NCBI GenBank assembly: GCA_964437835.1
Contig: CAYTJA010000187.1
Span: 1-62,880, forward strand
Length of the DNA: 62,880 bases
Direction of reading: 5' to 3'
Origin: an uncultured Spirochaetales bacterium
GTDB taxonomy: Bacteria; Myxococcota_A; UBA9160; SMWR01
In this document: one piece after another, positions 1-9,629 of the stretch
Numbering within the stretch: the stretch's first letter is position 1
Layout of the letters: each line of letters starts with the position of its first letter
Made by a program: the position numbers and the translations under genes
The notes under the pieces: model-generated
What the model was told of the DNA's origin: nothing
The model's database searches: none
The model's input: the letters and a program-made list of their open reading frames with translations, nothing else

Positions 1-114
1 GAGTCACTGCTCGAGCAGAAGCAGAATGCGGAGCTCGAAGCCTGGATCAGCGCCCGGCGCAGCGCGCTCGAGCAGTCCGGCGAGCTCTTCGTCGACACCT
101 CGATCCTCGACTAG
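1..114 (+). CDS. 3' end of a truncated CDS (possibly the C-terminus of a SurA/PpiD-like foldase)
   Basis: Frame 1 reads ESLLEQKQNAELEAWISARRSALEQSGELFVDTSILD* with GC-biased codons and TAG at 112-114. Product guessed from a helical C-terminus only. Confidence 0.45.
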   Translation, partial: ESLLEQKQNAELEAWISARRSALEQSGELFVDTSILD

Positions 115-196
115 CCTTGCGGGTCCCGGGCCGGGAGCGGCCCGGCGCTCCCGCGCTGCGCTCGGCTGCGCCTCGCTGCGCGCCGAAGCGGCTTGC
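115..196 (+). repeat. REP-like modular palindromic repeat, cluster 1
   Basis: ccttgcgggtcccgggccgggagcggcccgg followed by gctcggctgcgcctcgctgcgcgccgaagcggcttgc; same modules recur at 2401, 3279, 14649, 31907 and 35797. Confidence 0.85.
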
Positions 197-239
197 GGTC
201 TCGGCTGACGGGGACGCTCCTGGGCCGCCCCCATTCGCG

Positions 240-817
<578 letters not shown>

Positions 818-821
<4 letters not shown>

Positions 822-1234
822 TCGGGCTCTCCACAGACGAAGCTGTTCTTGCGCGTCTCGTGGACGCGGACCCGCAACAGGCGCGCCGCGCCGAGCGCCG
901 GGATCTCGCGCTCGAGCTCGCGGTACACCACGCGCGCGATGTTCTCTGCCGTCGGAACCCACTCGGCAAAGGCAGGATCGAGATTCAGCATGCGGTGCGA
1001 GAAACGCGCCAGCACGCGCTCCTGCACCAGGCAGTCGAGGCGCTCCGGATCGAGGATGCGCCCGGTCCGAGCGTCCTGCGGCCCGGAGACCGTCACCTCG
1101 ATGCCGTAGTTGTGGCCGTGGCCGGCCGGATTCGCGCATTTGCCGTAGATGCGGCGATTCTCCGCTTCCCCGAGCGAGGGATGGCTCAGCACGTGAGCCG
1201 CGGGGAACGCATAGCGGCGGGTCAGCGCGATCAC
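818..1234 (-). CDS. 6-pyruvoyl-tetrahydropterin synthase / QueD family, intact active site
   Basis: FPAAH, YGKC-x5-HGHNY, PTAEN, VHET motifs; GTG at 1234 overlaps the upstream TGA, and the stop overlaps the folE start. Confidence 0.9.
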
Positions 1235-1656
1235 CTGCGGCTCCGTTCCGGCTCGATCCAGTCGACCCACAGCTCGGCGTCCCGGTAGAGCCGGATGCGG
1301 TCGAGCAGCCCCTCCGGCAGCGCGGCCGCGAGCAGATCGCGGATCACACGCAGCAGGTTCTCGGGGGTCGGGGGCCGCTTCTCGAAGCAATCGGTGTCGG
1401 TGTTCAGATCGCGGTGGTCGAAGCGCGTCATGACCTCGCGTTCGAGCAGCTCGTCGAGATCCTTGAGATCCATGACCATGCCCGTGATCGGATCCGGCTC
1501 ACCGCACAGCGTGACTTCGAGCCGGTAGTTGTGCCCGTGCTGGGAGGCCTGCGCGCCGAAGAGCGCGCGATTCTCGGCTTCCGAGAGCTCCGGCAGTCGA
1601 TAGCGGAGCGATGCGGAGAACTCGATTGCGCGGGTGATGCGGACGCTTTCGGGCAT
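1231..1656 (-). CDS. PTPS/QueD-family paralog with degenerate active site
   Basis: Keeps [26 protein letters not shown]; lacks the first His (FSASLR) and the Cys. ATG at 1656. Confidence 0.85.
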   Translation of the reverse strand: MPESVRITRAIEFSASLRYRLPELSEAENRALFGAQASQHGHNYRLEVTLCGEPDPITGMVMDLKDLDELLEREVMTRFDHRDLNTDTDCFEKRPPTPENLLRVIRDLLAAALPEGLLDRIRLYRDAELWVDWIEPERSRR

Positions 1657-1744
1657 GTCGCTCAGGGCCGCTCCTCCTGCCCCCAGAATCGCGCGGCCGG
1701 GGCAAGAGCGTCCCGAATCAGCCCCGAAAATCAAGCCGGGCGCT

Positions 1745-2347
1745 TCAGTACTTCCGCAGCAGCCCCCGCACCACGCCCCGCACCTGCACCTCCGACGCCG
1801 GCAGATCGATCGGGGCCATCGAGGCGTTCGCGGGCTGCAGCCGGATCCGGCGCCCGCGCCGGAAGAACTTCTTGAGCGTGGCTTCCTGGCCGTGCACCAG
1901 CGCGACGATGGTGTCGCCGTCGCGCGCCTCGCGCCGGCTCTCGACGATCACGAAGTCGCCGTCCCGGATCTGCTCGTCGATCATCGAGTCGCCGCGCACG
2001 CGCAGCACGAAGCTCTCGCCGCGGCGCGGCACGAGATCGCGCGGCACTTCGATGCTTTCCGCGACCTCGACGGCCTCGATCGGCGCGCCTGCGACGACGC
2101 AGCCGAGCAGCGGCAGCGTGACGGCCCCCTCCGCGACCGGAAGCATCGGCTCCACCGAACGCGAGCGGTTCCAGGCCTTGCGCAGGAAGCCTTTCTCGAC
2201 GAGGTGCTGGACGTGCTTGTGAACCGTAGCGACAGAGGAGAGCCCGAACGCGGCGCCAATTTCCTCGAGGCTCGGCGAATAGCCGTTCTCCTCGACGAAG
2301 TGCCGGATGAAGTCGTAGACCTCTCGCTGGCGTCGCGTCAGGGCCAT
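1745..2347 (-). CDS. lexA: SOS repressor LexA
   Basis: N-terminal LTRRQREVYDFI...YSPSLEEIG wHTH, VAG cleavage site, GDSM Ser, ATLKK Lys; ATG at 2347. Confidence 0.96.
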   Translation of the reverse strand: MALTRRQREVYDFIRHFVEENGYSPSLEEIGAAFGLSSVATVHKHVQHLVEKGFLRKAWNRSRSVEPMLPVAEGAVTLPLLGCVVAGAPIEAVEVAESIEVPRDLVPRRGESFVLRVRGDSMIDEQIRDGDFVIVESRREARDGDTIVALVHGQEATLKKFFRRGRRIRLQPANASMAPIDLPASEVQVRGVVRGLLRKY

Positions 2348-2355
2348 GGCATGCC

Positions 2356-2387
2356 TTCGTGTTCCATTCGCTCGAATGAAACACGAA
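2356..2387. promoter_or_regulatory. Candidate LexA autoregulatory operator (32-bp near-perfect palindrome)
   Basis: TTCGTGTT-C-CATTCG-CT-CGAATG-A-AACACGAA, AT-rich, 8 nt upstream of the lexA ATG. Confidence 0.6.
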
Positions 2388-2400
2388 ATTCGCAAACGCC

Positions 2401-2625
2401 GCAAGCCGTCGCGCCGCTCCCGACCCGGGACCCGCAAGGCCTGCAAGGTCCGCAAGCCGTTTCGGCGCGCAGCGAGGCACAGCCCAGCTGGAGTGCGGGC
2501 AAGCCGTTTCGGCGCGCAGCGAGCCAAAGGCGAGCGGAGTGAAAACAAGCCGCCCCGGCGCGCAGCCAACTGCGGGCGAGCGCAGCGCGGGAGCGCCGGG
2601 CTGCGCCCGGACCGGGACCACAAGG
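2401..2625 (-). repeat. REP-like modular repeat, cluster 2
   Basis: Reverse copies of the cttg(c/t)gg(g/t)tcccggtccggg module, two gcaagccgtttcggcgcgcagcgag modules, and a module shared with cluster 4. Confidence 0.85.
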
Positions 2626-3234
2626 CTACGCCCGCAGCGGCGCGTCCAGGCCCGCGCGCAGCTTGCGCTCCTGGTCAGCCCGGTAGTAGTGCCGGAGCTC
2701 CGCGAGCAGCGCACCGGTGTGTTCGCGGCACGGGTAGCGCTCCTCGAGTGCGGCGCAGTAGCGCTGCGCCGCATGGTGGGCGGTCGCGTAGCGCTCGCGC
2801 TCCGCGGGCCCGAGCCAGTCCGCCCAGGCGAAGTCGCGGAAATGCCGCAACGCCTCGCGCCCATCGAGGCGCGCGAGCAGGTAGCGATCGACCTCGGACT
2901 GGAGCTCGAGCGCGAGGCTCGAAACGCGGCGCTCCTGGGCCGCGTGCCACGCGACGCAGACCAGGTGGCTGGTCTCCTCGGCGATCGTGTCCGCGTTCTC
3001 GGCGTCCGCGGGATCGATGTAGAGCGCGCAGTGGAGCTCCTGAGCCTCCTCGAGCACGAGCAGACCGGAGCGCGGGCGGAGCTCCGAGAACAGCTCGCGT
3101 GCGGCGCAGGCGTCGATCAAGAAGCGCTCGGGCTCGAAGCGGAGCCCGAGTCGGTAGACCTCGCCGAGCCGGCGGGCGGCGCGAGCGACCTCCGCGGCCA
3201 CCGGATCCAACGCGCTCGGGGCACCCGAAGGCAT
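2626..3234 (-). CDS. Hypothetical protein with EETSH motif (possible zincin-like fold)
   Basis: GC3-biased ORF, ATG at 3234; IAEETSHLVCVAW...LELQSEVDRY segment. Confidence 0.7.
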   Translation of the reverse strand: MPSGAPSALDPVAAEVARAARRLGEVYRLGLRFEPERFLIDACAARELFSELRPRSGLLVLEEAQELHCALYIDPADAENADTIAEETSHLVCVAWHAAQERRVSSLALELQSEVDRYLLARLDGREALRHFRDFAWADWLGPAERERYATAHHAAQRYCAALEERYPCREHTGALLAELRHYYRADQERKLRAGLDAPLRA

Positions 3235-3278
3235 GCGCCCTCGGATCGGCCGAGCGCAGCTATCGCTGCAGCGCCAAG

Positions 3279-3400
3279 CCTTGCGGGTCCCGGTCCGGGA
3301 GCGGCCCGGTCCCACCCGCTCTCCGCTCGGCTTCCCTCGCTGCGCGCCGAAGCGGCTTGCACTGCGGGTTCCGGGTGGGGAGCGGCCCGGGACCCGCAGG
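3279..3400 (+). repeat. REP-like modular repeat, cluster 3 (inverted ends)
   Basis: Starts ccttgcgggtcccgg and ends ccgggacccgcagg (inverted repeat), with the gctcggc...gcgccgaagcggcttgc module inside. Confidence 0.85.
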
Positions 3401-3438
3401 GCCGGAGACGCGCTGCAGAAAAAGTTCTCGATCCCGAC

Positions 3439-3467
3439 TTGAAGCGCGGACTCGCGGGCCCTAGATT
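3439..3467 (+). promoter_or_regulatory. Sigma70-type promoter of groES-groEL
   Basis: TTGAAG-17 nt-TAGATT directly upstream of the CIRCE element. Confidence 0.6.
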
Positions 3468-3475
3468 GCGGCCGG

Positions 3476-3502
3476 TTGGCAGTCTGACGTTGCGACTGCC
3501 AA
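3476..3502. promoter_or_regulatory. CIRCE element (HrcA operator), variant
   Basis: TTGGCAGTC-N9-GACTGCCAA perfect inverted repeat (canonical TTAGCACTC-N9-GAGTGCTAA) upstream of groES; hrcA is in the window. Confidence 0.85.
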
Positions 3503-3628
3503 TTGCGCGCTCCATCCCAGAACCAGGTCGGTCGGGTGGAGCGTGATCACAACTGAAACCCAGGCCGCTGTTCTCTGCCCGGCTCCAGCAACCCGCCGGG
3601 CAGCGCGGACCCATCACGGAGGAGACCC

Positions 3629-3916
3629 ATGAAGATCCGCCCGCTCCAGGATCGGATCCTGGTGAAGCGCATCGAAGAGGAGGCGAAGACCGCCGGCGGG
3701 ATCATCATCCCCGACACCGCGAAGGAGAAGCCCCAGGAGGGCAAAGTGATCGCTGTCGGCGCCGGCAAGGTGCAGGACGACGGCAAGCTCCAGCCGCTCG
3801 ACGTCAAGAAGGGCGACCGGATCCTGTTCAGCAAGTATTCGGGGAGCGAGGTCCAGATCGAGGGCGAGGAGCACCTGATCCTGCGCGAGGACGACGTCCT
3901 CGGGATCCTCGAGTAG
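3629..3916 (+). CDS. groES: Co-chaperonin GroES
   Basis: [14 protein letters not shown]...[18 protein letters not shown]; GGAG RBS. Confidence 0.98.
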   Translation: MKIRPLQDRILVKRIEEEAKTAGGIIIPDTAKEKPQEGKVIAVGAGKVQDDGKLQPLDVKKGDRILFSKYSGSEVQIEGEEHLILREDDVLGILE

Positions 3917-3931
3917 CACTCGCAACCCTGA

Positions 3932-5647
<1,716 letters not shown>

Positions 5648-5692
5648 CCGGCCCCTGCGCGCGCGAGCGCGCGGCGCGGCTTCAGAGAAGAC

Positions 5693-5727
5693 GAAGGCCC
5701 CGGAGCTCCACGGCTCCGGGGCCTTTC
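5693..5727. terminator. Probable bidirectional intrinsic terminator between groEL and the histone gene
   Basis: 13-bp perfect stem aaggccccggagc/gctccggggcctt, 6-nt loop, followed by ttc. Confidence 0.75.
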
Positions 5728-5743
5728 GCATGCAGCCGCAGGA

Positions 5744-5959
5744 TCAGATCGCCAGCTTGGCCCGCGCCGCCTGCACGTCGGTGTCCATCACGGTCTTGCG
5801 CTTGTTCTCGACGGCCGAGGCACTTGCCTCCTGCGCGAGCCGCGCGATGTAGTTCTCGGCCGCCTGCACCGCGAGATCGAGCGCTCCGCCGGAGACGCGC
5901 AGATCGCCGCCGTGCTTGGTCAGCAGTCGCTTCACTACCGCGTTGGGAAGTTCCCCCAT
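5744..5959 (-). CDS. Histone-fold protein, archaeal HMf-like
   Basis: MGELP start, L1 RVS, long alpha2, L2 RKT with R54-x6-D61 clamp, full alpha3; AGGAG/GGAGAGG RBS upstream. Confidence 0.88.
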   Translation of the reverse strand: MGELPNAVVKRLLTKHGGDLRVSGGALDLAVQAAENYIARLAQEASASAVENKRKTVMDTDVQAARAKLAI

Positions 5960-6186
5960 TCGCCTCTCCCTCTCCTAACGCCGCTCTCGATCGATGCGGC
6001 ATGTGATGTGGAGCGGACCCGGTCCGCTCGGCGCGGGAACGTAGCACCGCCGGACGCTGCCGGAAGAGCGCGCGGGACCGCGATCCCCACGCGTCGGATG
6101 TGACGGGGATCACAGCACCCAGGGTCCGCTCGGCTGGCGCCGTGCGTCCGTGGGCTCGCGCCCCGAGCGGGCGACACCGCTGCGTT

Positions 6187-6969
6187 TCATTCGATGCTGT
6201 CGAAGAAATCGGCGATCCGGCGCGCCAGCTCGGGGCCGCCGAAATCCACGGTCGCGATGTGCGCAGCATCGGGCTGCAGCAGGCGCTGCTTGCGCTGCGA
6301 CCCGACCCCCGCGAGCAGCGCGTCGAGGTCTGCGGGATCGGCGCTGCGGTCGTGCGCGCCGTGGGCCGCGAAGATCGGCGCCCGCACCAGGGCCAGCTTC
6401 TGCTTCACGAAGTGCTGCAGCCGCAGCAGCTGCCGCACGCTCGCGAGCGGCATCACGGGGTAGGTCGGGTGTCGCGCGCGCGCCGCCGGATCGCGGATGT
6501 CGGGCCCGCCCCGCTTCGGCAGGAAGGGGCGCAGGCGCTGGACTAATGCCAAGATCGGATCGGGCGGCAGGCGCAGCGCGAGCGGCGTGCCGATCGTCGC
6601 GATGCCCGCGAGCGGTTGCTCGGCCGCGAGCGCCAGCGCCAGCAGGCCGCCCATCGAGGTTCCGACCGCGAAGACGCGCAGGTGCAACGCCGCGAGCTCC
6701 GCGTGGGCAGCACGCGCCGCTTCGAGCCAGGCCTGCCAGGGAACGCGCGCGAGGTCACGAGGCTGCGTCCCGTGCCCCGGGAGCAGCGGTCCGAGCGCGC
6801 GGAAGCCGCGCAGCGCCAGCGCCTCGGCCACGGGCCTGACCTCGTAGGGCGTGGCCGTGAGGCCGTGCAAGCACAGCACCGCGCGCGATTCGCGCGCGCC
6901 CGCGGCGATGCCGTGCCCGCGGAGGTCGAAGCTGCCCGGATCGGGCGCGCCCGCGCTCTCCGCCGTCAC
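6187..6969 (-). CDS. Alpha/beta hydrolase (carboxylesterase/monoacylglycerol lipase-like)
   Basis: LCLHGLTATP, GTSMGG nucleophile elbow, HGAHD, C-terminal His; GTG overlaps the larC stop. Confidence 0.9.
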   Translation of the reverse strand: MTAESAGAPDPGSFDLRGHGIAAGARESRAVLCLHGLTATPYEVRPVAEALALRGFRALGPLLPGHGTQPRDLARVPWQAWLEAARAAHAELAALHLRVFAVGTSMGGLLALALAAEQPLAGIATIGTPLALRLPPDPILALVQRLRPFLPKRGGPDIRDPAARARHPTYPVMPLASVRQLLRLQHFVKQKLALVRAPIFAAHGAHDRSADPADLDALLAGVGSQRKQRLLQPDAAHIATVDFGGPELARRIADFFDSIE

Positions 6970-8336
6970 AGCTCGGCTGCCGCGGCGGCCTCCGCCTCCT
7001 GGATCACCAGGCGGAGCGCGATGCCGTGACGCAGCGCGGCGCGCTTGCAGTCGTCGTACTCGGCCGACGCGCTGCCCACCCCCTGCTCGTCGAAGACGAT
7101 CTTCACGCGCAGCCGCCCGTAGCGCGTCGAGACGCGCCGCTCCTCGCGCCGCAGCAGGAGTCGCTCCGCGTCGTTCACGCGCACGCCGATCGCGGTCGAG
7201 CGCGAGAACAGCAGCCGTGCGAGCGCTTGGCGCTCCGATGGCTTTGCCAGCACACGCACCAGGAAACCCGGTCGGTTCTTCTTCATCTGCAGGTGCTGGA
7301 GCGAGACATCGAGCGCCCCGGCCTCGAAGAGCGATTCCATCAGATAATCGAAATGCTCGGGCACCAGGTCGTCGAGGTGGGTCTCGAGCACGCTGATGCG
7401 GTCGCGCAGCAGCCCGCTCTCTCGGCCCAGCACAGCGCGCAGCACGTTCGGCATCGGACCCGGTCGATCGTTGCCGGCTCCGTAGCCGACGGCATCGATC
7501 GTCATCGCGGGCAACGCGCAGAACTCGTCGACGACGCAGCGCAGGATCGCAGCGCCAGTCGGCGTCACTGTCTCCCAGGGGACGTGCGCCGGCACGCTCG
7601 GAATGCCGCGCAGCAGCTCGAGCGTGGCCGGCGCGGGCAGCGGCAGCCGGCCGTGGGCGGACTCGACCGCCCCGTGACCCAGCGCCACCGGCGCCGCCGT
7701 GACGCGAGCGACGCCGAGCAGCTCGAGCGCCACCGCGGCGCCCGCGATGTCGACCATCGCGTCGACCATCCCGACCTCGTGAAAGTGCACCCGGGCGAGC
7801 GGAATGCCGTGTACCGTGGCCTCGGCGCGGGCCAGCGCGTCGAAGATCGCCTCGGCGCGCTCGCGCGCCTTGCCCGGCAGCCGCGCGCGGCGCAGCAGGC
7901 GCTGGATCTCTGCGTAGGGCCGCCCCTGCGAGTGGTCGTGCAGATGGCGCTGGCGCTGCCCACGGCCATGGCCGTGGCGGGCGTCGCGATCGTGATCGGT
8001 GTCGTGAGCGTGAGCATGAGCATGGCGCTCGGGTGCAGCGGACTCGACCAGTCGGAACGCCCCGGCGCCGACCCGCTTGCGCACGCCTCCGCTCGGGGCC
8101 AGCACTTCGACATAGCGCGCCGCGAGCGGTCCGCGCCGCACCTTCCTGACGCGCAGCTGGTGCGCGACGCCGAGCCCGCGCAGCGCAGACTCGAGCTCCC
8201 GCTGCGGCAGCCCCGCATCGATCAGCGCGCCGAGGAACATGTTGCCGGCGATTCCGGAGAAGGTATCGAGGTGCAGCAGCCCACCGGCGCTGCGCGGCGC
8301 CTTTTTGCTAGGCGCGGTTGATGAGCGTCGCGACAT
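6966..8336 (-). CDS. larC: Nickel pincer cofactor biosynthesis protein LarC
   Basis: DTFSGIAGNMFLGAL, His-rich insert, VHFHEVG, PAPATLELL, TPTGAAI, MKKNRPG, AEYDDC. Confidence 0.94.
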   Translation of the reverse strand: MSRRSSTAPSKKAPRSAGGLLHLDTFSGIAGNMFLGALIDAGLPQRELESALRGLGVAHQLRVRKVRRGPLAARYVEVLAPSGGVRKRVGAGAFRLVESAAPERHAHAHAHDTDHDRDARHGHGRGQRQRHLHDHSQGRPYAEIQRLLRRARLPGKARERAEAIFDALARAEATVHGIPLARVHFHEVGMVDAMVDIAGAAVALELLGVARVTAAPVALGHGAVESAHGRLPLPAPATLELLRGIPSVPAHVPWETVTPTGAAILRCVVDEFCALPAMTIDAVGYGAGNDRPGPMPNVLRAVLGRESGLLRDRISVLETHLDDLVPEHFDYLMESLFEAGALDVSLQHLQMKKNRPGFLVRVLAKPSERQALARLLFSRSTAIGVRVNDAERLLLRREERRVSTRYGRLRVKIVFDEQGVGSASAEYDDCKRAALRHGIALRLVIQEAEAAAAAEL

Positions 8337-9060
8337 GCGCGGCCCCGAATCCGTTGTCGATGTTGACCACGCTGACGTTCGAGGCGCAGCTCGAGAGCAT
8401 CCCCAGCAGCGCCGTGAGGCCGCCGAAGGAGGCCCCGTAGCCCACGCTGGTCGGGACCGCGATCACGGGCGCTGCGACGAGGCCGCCGACCACCGAGGGC
8501 AGCGCGCCTTCCATGCCGGCGACGACGATCAGCACGCGCGCCCCGCGCAAGACCTCGCCCGCGGCGAGCAGCCGGTGCAGACCCGCGACCCCGACGTCGA
8601 CCAACATCTCGACCTTGTTTCCGAAGCGCCTCGCCACCGCGGCGGCCTCGGCCGCGACCGGCAGATCGGCCGTGCCAGCCGAGACGACCGCGATCGTGCC
8701 GCGCCCGCGAATCTCGACCTCGGCGGGCCCGAACCACAAGAGCCGCGCGACGGGATCGTGATCGGGCAGCTCCGGGCTCTGCGCGCAGACCTCGCGCGCC
8801 ACTTCGAGCGCCACGCGCGTGACGAGCACCGGCTGACCGGCGCTGCGCAGCGCGGCCGCGATCTCGCAGATCTGGAGCGGCGTCTTGCCTGGACCGTAGA
8901 TCACCTCGGGCAGCCCCTGGCGCAGCGCGCGATGGGTGTCGACCCGGGCGTCCGCGACGTCGACGAAGGGCAGCAGCGCGAGTCGCTCGACGCCTTGCTG
9001 CGGCGACAGCGCTCCCGCGCGAATCTCCTCGAGCAGGGCGCGAACGCGCTCGGGGTCCAT
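8308..9060 (-). CDS. larB: Nickel pincer cofactor biosynthesis protein LarB
   Basis: DTHRALRQGLPEVIYGPGKT, AGTADLPVA, DVGVAGLHRL, VAGMEGALPSV, PTSVGYG, VVNIDNGFGA. Confidence 0.96.
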   Translation of the reverse strand: MDPERVRALLEEIRAGALSPQQGVERLALLPFVDVADARVDTHRALRQGLPEVIYGPGKTPLQICEIAAALRSAGQPVLVTRVALEVAREVCAQSPELPDHDPVARLLWFGPAEVEIRGRGTIAVVSAGTADLPVAAEAAAVARRFGNKVEMLVDVGVAGLHRLLAAGEVLRGARVLIVVAGMEGALPSVVGGLVAAPVIAVPTSVGYGASFGGLTALLGMLSSCASNVSVVNIDNGFGAAHVATLINRA

Positions 9061-9075
9061 GCTCGGACGAACGTA

Positions 9076-9627
9076 TCAGAGCGCTCGCTGTGCGGGCAGC
9101 TCTGCGATCAACACGAGCAGCAGCTCGGGCTCGCAGCCCTGCGCGCGGAAGCCGAGTTCGATGCGCACTGCGCGCGCCCCGAGCCGCAGCCGCTCGCGCC
9201 TGCGCGCGAGCTCCCGCTCGGGCGGTCCGGAGACCAGGCGCGGGATCGAGGGCAGGATGCGGCCCGCGAGCGCGTCGGCGAGGCCCGAGACGACCTGCGA
9301 CGCGACGATGTTCGCGAGCTCGATCAGGAGCAGGCGAGGCGCTTCGGATGCGCCTGCGCCGGCGCTCGCGGCTGTTGGACCGGCCGTCTCGCGCAGCAGC
9401 AGTGCGATGCAGCCCACGGCGTCCCCCTCGAGCTCGAAGTACACGCCGGCGCCCCAATCCGGCGCCAGCGGCGCGCAGAGATCGACCTGCGCTCCGGCGT
9501 CCGCCGACAGCGGCCGCTGCCAGAGCTGCTCGAAGGCCAACGCGGCGCCTTCGGCGCGCGGGGCAATCGCTGCGAGCCATGCGTCGGCGAGGGTCATCGG
9601 AGTGAATGCGCGCGCGCTCGTGCCCAT
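9076..9627 (-). CDS. cheC: CheC-like phosphatase (DifG-like position)
   Basis: One ELANIVASQ...ILPSIP CheC-type motif; follows cheA; ATG at 9627. Confidence 0.7.
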   Translation of the reverse strand: MGTSARAFTPMTLADAWLAAIAPRAEGAALAFEQLWQRPLSADAGAQVDLCAPLAPDWGAGVYFELEGDAVGCIALLLRETAGPTAASAGAGASEAPRLLLIELANIVASQVVSGLADALAGRILPSIPRLVSGPPERELARRRERLRLGARAVRIELGFRAQGCEPELLLVLIAELPAQRAL

Positions 9628-9629
9628 CC

